Part shown: piece after piece, positions 45,648-57,100 of the stretch | Position numbering within the stretch: position 1 is the first letter of the stretch | Layout of the letters: each line of letters begins with the position of its first letter | Assembly: GCA_963677485.1 (NCBI GenBank) | Contig: OY781964.1 | Span: 3,296,001-3,360,000, forward strand | DNA: 64,000 nt | Source of the DNA: Armatimonadota bacterium | GTDB taxonomy: Bacteria > Armatimonadota > HRBIN16 | Reading direction: 5' to 3' | Program-made: the position numbers and the translations under genes | The notes under the pieces: model-generated | The model's input: only the letters and a program-made list of their open reading frames with translations | Told to the model about the DNA's origin: nothing | Databases searched by the model: none

Positions 45648-48583
45648 GCCAACCGTAGGCTCTTGATCTCGAAGGGGCGGAAGCTGAGCGCGATGGTGCT
45701 GTCCTGCACCTCCACACCCTCGATCGGCTCCTCCATGAGGTTCACCACCGTGGCCGACGATACCGGCAGGCCGCATGTCACCAGGCAGTCCACATCGGCA
45801 CCGGTGCCCTCATACAGTCGCACGATCAGACCTTCGCCGTCTTCCGCACGCTTGATCGCCTCCACATAGACGCTAGAGGAGCTCAGTTTCAGAATGCTGC
45901 CCTTGCTGCCGCTCTCCAAAACCCGTAGCGGGCTGTTCAGCACATGCGCGGCTTGACGTACTTGGCCCTTCACGTAGTCACCGGTGTGTGGGTATAACGC
46001 GTAGGTGAAGCTGTGCTGGGCACGGTCGGCCACAGGATCGGGATCGCCTGGGGTGCGCAGCAGGTGCAGGCTGATCTGCCCCTGGTGGAAGGCGTGGCCG
46101 TATTTGCAGTCGTTGAGTACCGCCACACCGCGTGACCGCTCGCTGAGGTCAACCCAGCGATGGGCACAGACCTCAAACATGCTGTATTCCCACACGGTGT
46201 TTTGGTGGGTGGGCCGCTGGATGGTGCCAAACTGGATTTCGCAGTCAGCGGTGTTGGTGTGGATGGTGGTGTCGAAGTCCGCACGCAGCTGCTTGGCGGC
46301 GTCCTTCCAGTCGCATTCGGTGCGGAACTCCAGACTGGCTGATCCCGCTGTGAGGGTGATCCACTGCGTCAAGCTGCTCTCGCCGTAGCGACGGACCTGC
46401 TTCAGCACCGCCTGCGGACCGTCCACATAAGCACACTGCTCCACGAGCTCCATATACTGTGGCATCTGGTCGGATAACCAGATTGGGAAGTCCCAGGCAT
46501 CGCCATAGTCATCATAGATACGGAGCTGGTTGCTGGGTGCTTCGAGTGCTTCAAATCCGGTCTTCTTGTCAAACATGCTGATAAGATTCCCACTGGCGTC
46601 AAACTCGGCGCGCACCAGCTCGTTCTCCAGCAGTGTCTCGGTAGCCGTCACTTCGGGAATCGCCTCCTGGCTGAGGATGCCGAAGCCGCAAGAGGGGGCC
46701 TGCGCCCACTGCCAGCCGCCGTCGGTCTTCACCCATTCACTGCGAAGCCAGCTCTGGCTGTTGAACACGCCTGCAGAACCCTGTCCCAGCGACGTCAGCG
46801 CGGTGCTGGTCAATGCGCAGACTTGCTCAGCCATGGCGGCGTACCGCTCTCGGCTTTCGTCGTACACGCGGGTGATGCTGCTGCCGGGGATGATGTCATG
46901 GAACTGGTAGAGCAGCACCTCTTTCCAGATTTTCTCCAACTCTGCCTTTGGATACTCCAGGCCTTTCACGCTGTTGGCCCAGGTGCTGAGCATCTCGCAA
47001 TCACGCAGCATCAACTCGATTTTGCGGTTCCACTTCTTGTTCCGTGCCTGGGTGGTGTAGGTGCCCTGATGGTGTGCGAGGTAGAGCTCGCCCTGCCAAC
47101 GCTCGAAGCGATGGGCATCCTTGGCGAACCTGGTCAGGAAGTCGCCGCACCATTCCTGCTTCACGCGAGGCAGTCCCAGCAGGTTACCGATGCGCTGCAG
47201 ACGCTCGATATGCTCTTCGCCCGGACCGCCGCCGCCGTCGCCGATTCCGAAGGCCATATACGCGGCTTCGCTGACACCTTTATCTATGTAACGCTGTTCG
47301 GTCACATAGGCTGATGTGGGGGTGGCGCTGCCGTTGTAGGTGTCCTCGGGCAGCAGATGAGTCATTACCTCTGAACCATCGATGCCGCTCCACCAAAAAC
47401 TATGGTGCGGGTAGGTTTTGAAGCTGTCCCAGCTAAGCTTTTGGGTGACAAACAGCTCGATACCGGCCAGTTTCATCACCTGAGGCAGGCTGCCAGTATA
47501 ACCGAAGCTGTCGGGCAGCCACACGATCTTACTGTCGATGCCGAACTTCTCGCGGAAATAGTTCTTACCGTACAGCAACTGGCGCACCAGCGATTCACCG
47601 CCAGGCAGGTTGGTGTCAATCTCCACCCACAGGCCGCCCAGAGGTTCCCATCGGCCTTCGGCTACGCGTTTCTCAATCTCCGCATACACGCTGGGGTAGT
47701 GCTGCTCCATCCATTCGTAAACCTGGGGCTGACTCTGCACAAATACGTATTCGGGATACCGCTCCATCATGCGCAGCGCGGTGGCGAAGGTGCGCGCGCC
47801 TTTACGGATGGTCTCACGAATGGGCCACAGCCAGGCCAGGTCGATGTGCGCATGTCCACCAGCACCGATGGTGAGCGTGGCATCTCCGCCTTTTTTGCTT
47901 AACTCGGGGGCCAGAATACCGCGTGCCCATTCGGCTTCGACTTCGTTGAGCTTTCTCATTCCCTGGAATACATCGCAAAGCGCGGTGAGTATCTGCGCCT
48001 TGCGTGCAGATCCTTCGGGCAGCACGGTGTAGAGGTCCAGCAGCACCTCAAAGTCATAGTAGAGCGCAGCCATCTGCGGGTTCTTGATGGCGATATTGGG
48101 CTGTTTATATGGTCCCCAAGTGCCGTGAGCACCGAACAGGCTGTTGGCCCCGGCGTCCATCCATATGTCGACCGTCTCGCCGCCCTTGGCAGGTTCGGCG
48201 AAGGGCACCACTCGTTTCCCCTCACAGCCCATGGCGTTTTTGACATGCGCCTTCACGTTGGTTGTGCCGATCACGGGGTTGCCGTCCGCATCCACCACCA
48301 GGCCTTCACCGCCCAGGTCGATCAGCAGCACGACTTGCTGGCCGGCGGCTTCAGCAGGGACGGTGCCAGAAAGGTGGAACCAGGCGCAGTCGAACAACTC
48401 GCCCCAGTTCTCGCCCACCTTGGCTTCAATGGGCTCACCGGACATGCGTTCGGAGTAGGGGACTGGCTCTTTGGTACGCCAAGCCTCCCAGTCCAGCGGG
48501 GCGATGACGGTATAACTGGAAGCATAAATGTGATCCCGAAGTCTAGGCAGCACTTTGGCGATGCGTATTTGATAACTAGGCAT
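45644..48583 (-). CDS. alpha-mannosidase, glycoside hydrolase family 38
   Basis: GHAHIDLAWLWP, GESLVRQ, WLPDSFGY, GDGGGGP, HQGTYTTQ and QFHDIIPGSSI. Start at 48583 with AGGAGG. Confidence 0.95.
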   Translation of the reverse strand: MPSYQIRIAKVLPRLRDHIYASSYTVIAPLDWEAWRTKEPVPYSERMSGEPIEAKVGENWGELFDCAWFHLSGTVPAEAAGQQVVLLIDLGGEGLVVDADGNPVIGTTNVKAHVKNAMGCEGKRVVPFAEPAKGGETVDIWMDAGANSLFGAHGTWGPYKQPNIAIKNPQMAALYYDFEVLLDLYTVLPEGSARKAQILTALCDVFQGMRKLNEVEAEWARGILAPELSKKGGDATLTIGAGGHAHIDLAWLWPIRETIRKGARTFATALRMMERYPEYVFVQSQPQVYEWMEQHYPSVYAEIEKRVAEGRWEPLGGLWVEIDTNLPGGESLVRQLLYGKNYFREKFGIDSKIVWLPDSFGYTGSLPQVMKLAGIELFVTQKLSWDSFKTYPHHSFWWSGIDGSEVMTHLLPEDTYNGSATPTSAYVTEQRYIDKGVSEAAYMAFGIGDGGGGPGEEHIERLQRIGNLLGLPRVKQEWCGDFLTRFAKDAHRFERWQGELYLAHHQGTYTTQARNKKWNRKIELMLRDCEMLSTWANSVKGLEYPKAELEKIWKEVLLYQFHDIIPGSSITRVYDESRERYAAMAEQVCALTSTALTSLGQGSAGVFNSQSWLRSEWVKTDGGWQWAQAPSCGFGILSQEAIPEVTATETLLENELVRAEFDASGNLISMFDKKTGFEALEAPSNQLRIYDDYGDAWDFPIWLSDQMPQYMELVEQCAYVDGPQAVLKQVRRYGESSLTQWITLTAGSASLEFRTECDWKDAAKQLRADFDTTIHTNTADCEIQFGTIQRPTHQNTVWEYSMFEVCAHRWVDLSERSRGVAVLNDCKYGHAFHQGQISLHLLRTPGDPDPVADRAQHSFTYALYPHTGDYVKGQVRQAAHVLNSPLRVLESGSKGSILKLSSSSVYVEAIKRAEDGEGLIVRLYEGTGADVDCLVTCGLPVSSATVVNLMEEPIEGVEVQDSTIALSFRPFEIKSLRLA

Positions 48584-49033
48584 AGGTATCCCTCCTGGTT
48601 GAGTAAAAGCAGATGATATTACTAATAGTTTAGCAGCGATGGAGTATGATTCCTGCTTGGACGATAAAGCCAGCTTCTGAGCACCGTCGATGTTATTCGT
48701 GATTCCGATTCGGTCTTGTGGATGTGCTATACTTGAGACACAGCCAAGAAGCTGCCCTGTGGCGAGAACCACTGGGCTAGACCCCGAACTGGGCATGACC
48801 CTCTTAGGGCGCGACCCCCCTACTCCCCCTGTTGGGGCGAGATTATGGGGGCCTCTTATGCTGTATCAAGACACGCGAACACGCAATGTCGTGATTCGTA
48901 ACAAGCCTCGAATTGGCGAATGGGTTCTGGTTTGCGCCAGTATCGCATACACGCTCTGGATGCTTCCCGGCCAGCTTTCTGAGGCCGTTCGAGTGATCAT
49001 GAGTGCGCCGATTTTCGGTGGCTAGTGTTCAAA

Positions 49034-49071
49034 ATGCTGGATTCACGTGGTTCGCTACGTGAATCCAGTAT
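49034..49071. other. long hairpin with TTCG loop
   Basis: ATGCTGGATTCACGTGG-TTCG-CTACGTGAATCCAGTAT; two G-U pairs on the + strand. Confidence 0.5.
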
Positions 49072-49175
49072 TATTACTAGTTTATAATGTATGGTATATA
49101 TAGATATGTGCCATTACCTTGTGGTATAAATGGAATACAACGGTCCGTGACGACCATTCCCAAGGAGGAATTCCA

Positions 49176-49778
49176 ATGAAACGCAATGGGCTACTAAAGT
49201 CTGCCTTGACGCTGACCGCCCTGGTTGTGCTAGGCGCATCCGCATTCGCACAGATTCCGAACGTGAAACCGCCATCGAACAACATGGCCTTCGAGTACAA
49301 TAGCCTCACTGCTATTGCCTACGAGAATCGCGCGGGTGAAGAACTCGATCTTGGTCTTCGGACTGAAATCTTGATTCGCCCTTACATCTATGTGACTGGT
49401 AATCTTACCAGCCGCTGGACTGTAAATGGATGGGGTTCTGCGGTCGATCAAAAAGAAGAGTGGCTGCACATCTATCACAACAAAGACCTGCGCCTGAAGT
49501 TCGTGGGCTGGGACCATCCCACCCTGAACGGAACTCCGGGAGCCGCAAATGTGAACATGCTTGTTAAACTGCAAGCTTTCGGTGCTAACGGAAATTCGCT
49601 TTGGTTAGGTGCTGACTATGCTCAAGCACCAGATGCCAACGTAGAGTTCCCCGTGATCACCGTTGGTGCAGATTATGGGCATCTCGCACTGGCTGTCGGC
49701 CGGCAGGTGCATATAACACAGACCACGGTTGCAGGCAACTACTACAACTACGCGACGATGATCGTAACCCAGCTCTAA
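49176..49778 (+). CDS. secreted beta-rich protein, putative fimbrial/pilin-like major subunit
   Basis: AGGAGG RBS, Sec signal peptide, and a C-terminal AGNYYNYATMIVTQL resembling the aGxY-alternating terminal strand of chaperone-usher subunits. Confidence 0.55.
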   Translation: MKRNGLLKSALTLTALVVLGASAFAQIPNVKPPSNNMAFEYNSLTAIAYENRAGEELDLGLRTEILIRPYIYVTGNLTSRWTVNGWGSAVDQKEEWLHIYHNKDLRLKFVGWDHPTLNGTPGAANVNMLVKLQAFGANGNSLWLGADYAQAPDANVEFPVITVGADYGHLALAVGRQVHITQTTVAGNYYNYATMIVTQL

Positions 49779-49845
49779 GGCTTGGTTATAAAACATCGCC
49801 CACTGGATTGTAACACTGCCGATTTTTGGCACGTTGATGAGATTT

Positions 49846-49874
49846 GGGCCCGCACTAATCAGCGGGCTCCTTTT
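49846..49874 (+). terminator. intrinsic terminator after the putative major subunit gene
   Basis: GGGCCCGC-ACTAATCA-GCGGGCTC-CTTTT. Confidence 0.55.
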
Positions 49875-49904
49875 CCTGTCATGTTCAATCTAGAGGTGAA
49901 TAAC

Positions 49905-51461
49905 ATGCGTATGTACAAAACAGTAGTAGCGAGCCTGTTCATGGCCACAGCACTGGCATCATCAATGTCTGCTCAGCAGCCTAGCGGCGGTATGGGCGGT
50001 CTGTTGGTGTCGCCGGGTATCCAGCGTGTGGATTCGCGCGCGGGTGCCACCGGCACGGTCAACTTTGAGCTGTATAATCCCAACACCGTGCCTACTATTG
50101 CCACCATAGAGCTCACCTCTTTTCTGCCGAAAGACTGGAGCTATGACGCGCAACTGAACGTACCTCATGCTCGCGATGCCAGTCCGTGGTTAAAGGTATC
50201 GCCTGAGACCTACCGATTTGGTCCCTATCAGCAACAGGTTCGCGGATACAACTATACGATCCCTCGCTCCGCCAAGGGAACCTACTGGTGTATGCTGCGT
50301 ATCAGTCCGCGTCCTGCATCTGGCGCCAGCACCAATAATGTGGTTTTTGAAGTGCCGATCATCTTCAATGTCGGCAGCGGTTACCGTCCAAACATCAAGC
50401 TGCAAACGCCTATCGTGACGGCGAACCCAGTCAAAACCGAAAGTAGTCTGGTGCTGACAGTGCCCATGCTTAACCTCGGTGATGGCAACGCGGTCATTAC
50501 CGCCACAGGAGACATCCGGCCTCTTGAGGGCGGTCGCATTATCAAGACATTTGATGTGCCTGACAAGAACCTGCTTCCTCAGAGCAAAAGATATATCCTC
50601 GCCGAACTACCGAAAGTATCTGATGGCAAGTATCGTGTGACGATGCGCATGAACGTGAATAGCCGCACATTGCCCAGAATTAAAGTAGATTTTGCTGTGG
50701 TGAAGGGTAAGGCGACAGGCCTTGATGACCCAAAGGTGCTGGAAATGGCTCCCATTTCTATAGAACCTCCGGCATTCGCGTTGGATATGCCGGCCGGGGC
50801 CACTAAGCAGCAGGCGTTGCGTATCCGGAACAATGGGACCAAGCCGATTACATTACAGATATCCGCCAACTCTGTGGAACAGGTAATAAGCGGAGCACTT
50901 GGGTCGAGTGAACTTCCCCCGCCGCAGGGGCTCACGGTCACTATCGATCCTGTGGAATTGGTGCTTCAGCCGAATGAGCTGGGCAGCAGCCGACTCCAGA
51001 TAGGTGTAGATAAATCGGCCAAGGGCGATTTATGGATGGCTTTGTCTGTGGCGGTGAAGGGCAGCACCACCAGTCTTCGTGAGATGATCACAGGTAATGT
51101 GATGGTCAGTAAGACGGCGGATCCCAAGATGGAAGTCACTGATCTGCAACTCATCAAGGCGCAGGGCAGGCCGATCCAAGTTCGGTTCAATGTGAAAAAT
51201 ACCGGAAACAAAGCGGTCTCGCCGGTCGCCACCGCCGCTATATTGGATCGTGGCGTTCAAGTGGTGAACTACCTGGAAGTGCCTCGTGTTGGTGATGGGG
51301 GTGTGATCCCGGGAGCTACGATCGCCAATTCCGTGATGCTTCCGATCGACATTAAGCCTGGGGAATACGTTGTAGAAATATCATATCAGTATACTCCTCA
51401 ACTTACAGCGAAGGGTCGACTGCCCTTATCTGTAGTAAAACCGGTAAAAAAGACTAAATAA
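49905..51461 (+). CDS. secreted tandem Ig-fold protein, PapD/DUF916-like pilus chaperone-like (two modules)
   Basis: Signal peptide. Repeated module start: LLVSPGIQ...GATGTVNFELYN and ISIEPPAF...GATKQQALRIRNNG. Also NLGDGN and KNTGN motifs. Confidence 0.55.
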   Translation: MRMYKTVVASLFMATALASSMSAQQPSGGMGGLLVSPGIQRVDSRAGATGTVNFELYNPNTVPTIATIELTSFLPKDWSYDAQLNVPHARDASPWLKVSPETYRFGPYQQQVRGYNYTIPRSAKGTYWCMLRISPRPASGASTNNVVFEVPIIFNVGSGYRPNIKLQTPIVTANPVKTESSLVLTVPMLNLGDGNAVITATGDIRPLEGGRIIKTFDVPDKNLLPQSKRYILAELPKVSDGKYRVTMRMNVNSRTLPRIKVDFAVVKGKATGLDDPKVLEMAPISIEPPAFALDMPAGATKQQALRIRNNGTKPITLQISANSVEQVISGALGSSELPPPQGLTVTIDPVELVLQPNELGSSRLQIGVDKSAKGDLWMALSVAVKGSTTSLREMITGNVMVSKTADPKMEVTDLQLIKAQGRPIQVRFNVKNTGNKAVSPVATAAILDRGVQVVNYLEVPRVGDGGVIPGATIANSVMLPIDIKPGEYVVEISYQYTPQLTAKGRLPLSVVKPVKKTK

Positions 51462-51571
51462 AATGAAAAACCAGTATAAATACTTGGACATTTGGACCAA
51501 TAGCAAGGTAACATATGAGAGCCTAGCAAATTTGCAGGCATCTATTTGTGTTGCACCCAAGGGGGTGTGAA

Positions 51572-54124
51572 ATGCTCGCATTTACTACTAAGGCGAAGCT
51601 GACCACAATAATTGTGCTGTCGATGATGGCACCCATGACTTGGAGCCAGGATGCGTCTATGACACCGGAGCCTGCACAGCAGGTTACCGTGGTGGTGAGA
51701 CGTGGCGATACGTTATGGGGATATTCGCGCAAATATGGATGCTCTGTAGCGCAAATTAAAGCAGCGAACAATTTGAAGCGTGATTCTGTAGTGCTTGGTG
51801 AACAGATTAAAATACCGACCTCGACCCCATCGATGGCTCCAGAAGCCTCTGAAACCGTCGCTGGAGATGCCCCTGTTGATCTATTGAACGGCTCTGCAGG
51901 TTCTGCACCCACTCCTGTGATCACTGAGAATGCTCCGATAGTGATGCATACTGTGAAATCTGGAGAAACATTACGATCAATCTGTGAAGCCTACGGTGTC
52001 AGTGCGCCGGAGTTCATTAAGCTGAATAAGATCGGTCCGGGATACAGGCTTGCTGTAGGGGCGAAGCTCAAGATTCCAGGGCGTGCCACGCCTGCTGAAC
52101 CGACATCAGACAATACTAATGTAAGTAATGACGTGCCGACTGCTGTCACCCAAACCGCCGATATAAGTGCTGATGGCACGGACCTGCTGGGGGCAGGGCA
52201 TCAGTCTGTGGCCAAACCGTCCCCTGGATCCAAACCAGCTAAGGATACAAGCACAAGCACAAGCACGAACACGAGTTCGACATCAAACCAGGCCAAACCT
52301 CCGTCAGACCTGGACAGTTGGATCAACGCTGTGCCTGGCGACGAGCCGCCCCCTACACAGAACGCCTTACCGAAAGAAAACGGAACCGAACCTGATAACA
52401 CATCTGGCAATGTGTTAAAGCCTGATACCCAAAACACAAATACATCCGAGACAGGCTCTCATACAGGCAGTTCTCTGCCATCACTCGGCTCTGAGCAAAC
52501 GCCTCCGGAGCCGGTACCTGTACAGATGGCATCGCCTGACAGCCAAAATACGGGTACTGAGACGACTACTTCTACAAACACAGATAATACTAGCGGGCCA
52601 AATAAGGACCAGTCTGAACTATTGGTGCCTGACACATCGACGGCTGCATCTCCGCCCACTGAACTGCTGGTGCCGGATACCAGCACAGCAGCAAATACCA
52701 CGAGCACAAATAAGCCCTCTGTCACAACACCGGATGTCAGTAAACCCAATGTGTTAGTGCCAGATGACCAACAGGCGGGAACGACCAATGTCGTTCCTTC
52801 TGTGCCTGATGCCGGTGGGGCGACTGTGCTCGTTCCGGATGTTGAGGGGAGCGCTAGCGAAAACTCCACGGTAGTGACCCCAGATGATGGAAGCAGCACA
52901 AACAACTATTCATCCAATATAGGTGGTGTAACCAACCTGTTGGATAGTACGCCAGTGGTGACCGATGTTGAGATACCGACGGTCAAGAAGAATCAGCCTC
53001 TGGTGACCAATGTATTTGTGGATTCCGACATTAAGCAGGTTCTGTCAGATATCGCGAGTGTGGCGCATGTCGTGATTATCTCGGACGACAGTGTGAAGCC
53101 GCAGAATATCTCGATCGAATTTAACAAGGAGCCTCTCGACACGGCTCTCGAAAAGGTGGCTCTGTCTGGCGGATTAGTTTGGAAAGAGCGATCAGATGGT
53201 GTTTATCTGGTCAGCTCAGGCACACCCGATTCGCCTCTGTTTCGCGAATTCGCCATGACTAAGCGGTATATGCCATCTAATATGAGCGCTGAAACGCTGG
53301 GGGATCTGCTTTCCAGTAGTTGGAAGAACTACTACAAGGTAGACAAAGTTGGGAACATGATCACCATCACAGCACCCCCTCAAGTGTCTGAAAAGATCGA
53401 ACGCGACCTCAAGATGATCGATTCACCCCTGCGTCAGATCGTGGTGGATGCAGTCATTATCGAGATGACAGCCGATACCGGTATGGACACCGGCTTTAGC
53501 TGGAACTTCGGCAAAGGCGGGGTTGATGCGGACCAGAACATAGTGTATGCCAAAGCGACTGAGCTTGACTTTGTGAAGCTCAAGGCTTTGTTGGCAAATG
53601 GCAACGCGAAGATGAAGGCAAATCCAAGGGTTTCATGTTTTGAGGGTAGAGAGACCACGCTGACCGTCGGAAAAGAGACTTTCTACTCCATCATCACAGG
53701 GAATGCGATATACGGCTCATCACAGATCCAAAAGATAGCCACCGGTATTACCTTGAAGGTGACCGTGTATATCGGGGCTGATGGCTATGTCACGATGAAG
53801 CTGGACCCCGAAGTGGGGGACTTTACCACTCCGGTCGGTGGCAATCCTACTGTGACCATACGGCGAGCCAATACCACTATGCGGGTCAAGAGCGGCGAGA
53901 CTTTGGTCATCGGTGGATTGGTGCAAGAGCTAGAATCGAAGAGTGCGACCAAGGTACCTGTACTGGGCGACCTTCCGTTTATCGGTGAGTTGTTCAAGTC
54001 AAATAAGACCAGTAAATCACGAACAGATGTCGTGATGTTGATCACCCCGCACCTTTCTGAAAAGGGAGCGGGCGACGTAACCGAGACGTTGCGTAAGCTA
54101 GATGCGTCAGCTTTGAAGCAATAG
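51572..54124 (+). CDS. 2x LysM + P/T/S-rich linker + secretin (type II/III secretion/T4P outer-membrane pore family)
   Basis: LysM: VRRGDTLWGYSRKYG and HTVKSGETLRSICEAYG. Secretin: QIVVDAVIIE, ANPRV, RRANTTMRVKSGETLVIGGL, KVPVLGDLPFIGELFK and MLITP. Confidence 0.9.
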   Translation: MLAFTTKAKLTTIIVLSMMAPMTWSQDASMTPEPAQQVTVVVRRGDTLWGYSRKYGCSVAQIKAANNLKRDSVVLGEQIKIPTSTPSMAPEASETVAGDAPVDLLNGSAGSAPTPVITENAPIVMHTVKSGETLRSICEAYGVSAPEFIKLNKIGPGYRLAVGAKLKIPGRATPAEPTSDNTNVSNDVPTAVTQTADISADGTDLLGAGHQSVAKPSPGSKPAKDTSTSTSTNTSSTSNQAKPPSDLDSWINAVPGDEPPPTQNALPKENGTEPDNTSGNVLKPDTQNTNTSETGSHTGSSLPSLGSEQTPPEPVPVQMASPDSQNTGTETTTSTNTDNTSGPNKDQSELLVPDTSTAASPPTELLVPDTSTAANTTSTNKPSVTTPDVSKPNVLVPDDQQAGTTNVVPSVPDAGGATVLVPDVEGSASENSTVVTPDDGSSTNNYSSNIGGVTNLLDSTPVVTDVEIPTVKKNQPLVTNVFVDSDIKQVLSDIASVAHVVIISDDSVKPQNISIEFNKEPLDTALEKVALSGGLVWKERSDGVYLVSSGTPDSPLFREFAMTKRYMPSNMSAETLGDLLSSSWKNYYKVDKVGNMITITAPPQVSEKIERDLKMIDSPLRQIVVDAVIIEMTADTGMDTGFSWNFGKGGVDADQNIVYAKATELDFVKLKALLANGNAKMKANPRVSCFEGRETTLTVGKETFYSIITGNAIYGSSQIQKIATGITLKVTVYIGADGYVTMKLDPEVGDFTTPVGGNPTVTIRRANTTMRVKSGETLVIGGLVQELESKSATKVPVLGDLPFIGELFKSNKTSKSRTDVVMLITPHLSEKGAGDVTETLRKLDASALKQ

Positions 54125-54145
54125 GCTTGAGATGACACGAGGAGA

Positions 54146-57100
54146 ATGACCATGAAAAAGATCACCAACCAGCCAGGGAGTTCCAGTATTAAGGTAGTGC
54201 TCGCAGCAGCATTGCTGGCTTTGGCCGTATTTACGCCATTGGCGGCACAGTCGCCAGACCTTACGGCTACAACGTCAATACCGGATTCTGTGCTTGACCA
54301 GGTGGCTGAGCCCAGTCAGAATACGGCGCAACCGGCAGCTAGACGATACACCGTAAAGCATCGAAGAGTCGCGCCTCGCCATACATATACTCAGGTACGC
54401 AGACCTGCGCTTGTAGCGGCGGTGCCTGCTGGTCGTACTACGGTGAAAGCGGTGGCGCAGGGATCTGGTGTCAAACTCACCATAAAAAGCCCTAGCTCGC
54501 TTGCTGTCAAGGCTAACAACGGCTCAACCATGGTATTGATGGATGTTCATGGTGGACGGGCGGTGGTTCCCGGCAGCTCCAAGGTGAATGGGGTGGCTCT
54601 TCGATGGTACATGGCCGCGCGAGATGATGGGCAAAACCCAGCCATTGAGGCATTCTGCGCCAGTGCGATGAAGATGGAGATGTCGCAACCCAGTCCGAAT
54701 ACCGTGGTTGTTTGGCTTTGGCCTGCTGCAGGAAGCTCTGCGAGTGCAGCCCCTGCACAGAACGTGACGAAAAGCAAACCAGCAGTCAGCAACACTTCGT
54801 CAACGATGATGGGCGGGGCTACGGCTCCCGTCGCCCAATCGGCACAAGCGAATATGATGCGCTCCGCTGCTCTTGATGCGGTTCGTCGGGCGGGAGCACC
54901 GAACGTGATGGTGACGACGGGTGGTCAGGCTGAGATGGGCTCCGGTTCGACCGGCAACGCTTCTTCCATGGCACCCTCCGGTCGATCATCGCTGCAATCC
55001 AATGACCCGGCACCTTCACCACAAAGCCCATGGCAGATGTTGCCAGCGGTTGTTTCAGGAAATGCTTCGGATGTGTCGAAGATGATCCCGTTCACCGCAC
55101 TGGGTGCTGAAGATCCGATGAAGTTTACGGGGATAGCAAGAATACGTCAGCTCACGGTGGGTGTGAGTTATCCAAAAAAACTGACCGGTGCCACACTAAA
55201 GTTCAAGATCAGTCATAGTCCGGCTTTGCTGGAAGAGATCTCCAGTATGAAGGTAGAGATTAACCACCGCACAGTGGCCGTTCTGCCTTTAATGCGCAAG
55301 GACTACATGGGCCGCGTGTATGAGATACCGATTGACCCTAAACTGTTGGGTAGTTTCAATACCATTACTTTCGGTTTGATAGGCAGCTATACTCTGTTCT
55401 GCGAAGATCCCAACAGCCCACTTATCTGGTCTGAGGTTCTGGATGGAAAACTGGTGCTCGATCGACAGGAAGTTCCGGGGTTATATGACCTGGCGGAACT
55501 GCCTGCGCCGTTCTTCAGCACCTCACAGAACACTTCTGTAAATCTGAATATGATGGTTGGCCGCCAAAAGGGAAGCGTCTGGGCTGGCTCAGTTGTCGCT
55601 GGCTGGTTTGGTGTTCAGTCCGACTATCGGCCATTGAACCTTAAGGTGACAGATTCTCTTTCTGCAGGCAATGTGATCGCGGTCATGCTGGAATCTGAGC
55701 TGCCTCAGGTATTATCGCAATATGCAGTTGGCAACCCCAGCATCCAATTGATACCCAATCCTATGGGCGGCGGTGCCGTGTTACTGGTAACCGGCAGCAG
55801 CGAAGAGCAGTTGCGGGTAGCCGCAGGTGCCTTAGCATTCTCGTCATTACCTATGAGCGGTTCCCGTGTGGCGGTGCAGGAGTTTACCCCTCCCAGCAAG
55901 CGGAACCCATACGATGCGCCGCGCTGGATACCATCTGACCGACCGGTTCGGTTCGGAGATTTGATAGCTCGTGATGCGATGGAATCTGTCGGCTTGACAG
56001 CCGATCCTATACGTCTGCCTTTCCGCCTGCCGCCGGATCTTTTCCTGCAGCAGACCAAGGGTTTGCCGATCAACCTGAGTTACCGCTACACACCTGGTCG
56101 CAACCAGACCAACAACCGTCTTGACGTGTTTGTCGACAACCAGTTACTGCAGAGCTATCCGTTGCTGTCGCAATGGAACGACCCTGAGGGTGCCGCGCAA
56201 ACTATTAAACCTGGTTACAAAGAGTATGAAAAACAACGCACATTCTACATCACAGATGCTTACAATAAGCCGACAGCGGGTGAGCTGCAATTCCGGTTTG
56301 CGTTTGACTATACGCGTGAAAATCCGTGTAACGACTTCCCGTTCTTCGCGTTCCGGGGAAGGATTGACCCAGACAGCACGATTGATCTGACGAACATTCC
56401 GCATTATGTTCGTATGCCGGACTTGTCGCTGTTCGTAAACAACGGATATCCGTATACCAAGCTGGCTGATCTATCGGAAACTGTGTTCTCGCTGCCGGAT
56501 AACCCCAGCACAGCGGAGCGGACTGCGCTCATGGCAGTGTGCGCCAGATTTGGTGCTATCACAGGCATGGCTCCTTACCGGCATGTATTGATCAACGGCG
56601 CTCAGACGGCTCCGCTTGGTAAAGACATCATCGCCATCCGTGACGATAATGGTGCCGCCTTACCAGATGCATGGCGCGATGCGCTGCAACTACGCGCTCA
56701 GGGTGGTGGATTCCGTATACGAGACAACGACCTGAATGACCTGTTCAACGACACAGATGGGCAGCTAAACAGGCAAGAACTGGGCGATCTGCTGGCCAGT
56801 CAAGATGGACAGCTCTCAGTAATGGTCTCTTGCGAGCGGCCTGACGACAAAAGCCGATGCCTGGTGGCCATGCTGGCTACTGGCCCCGATATGCTTGACC
56901 ATATGGTGGCGGCATATTTGGATCCGAACCTGCGAAGCGGCATCAAACGTGATACCGCCGTATTCGGTCCTGAGGCGGTGAAAACCGCACGACTGGCCAA
57001 AGCGTTCTATGTTGGTAATCTACCTATGGCAGACGCCGTGCATCTGTGGCTGCGCAACTATCCGCTTGTGTGGATCAGCCTGACTCTGCTGTTGATCCTC

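Noticed and set aside
51572-54124. Complete T2SS/T4P/T3SS locus
   Set aside because: Only the secretin is present. There is no ATPase, platform protein or prepilin peptidase in the window.
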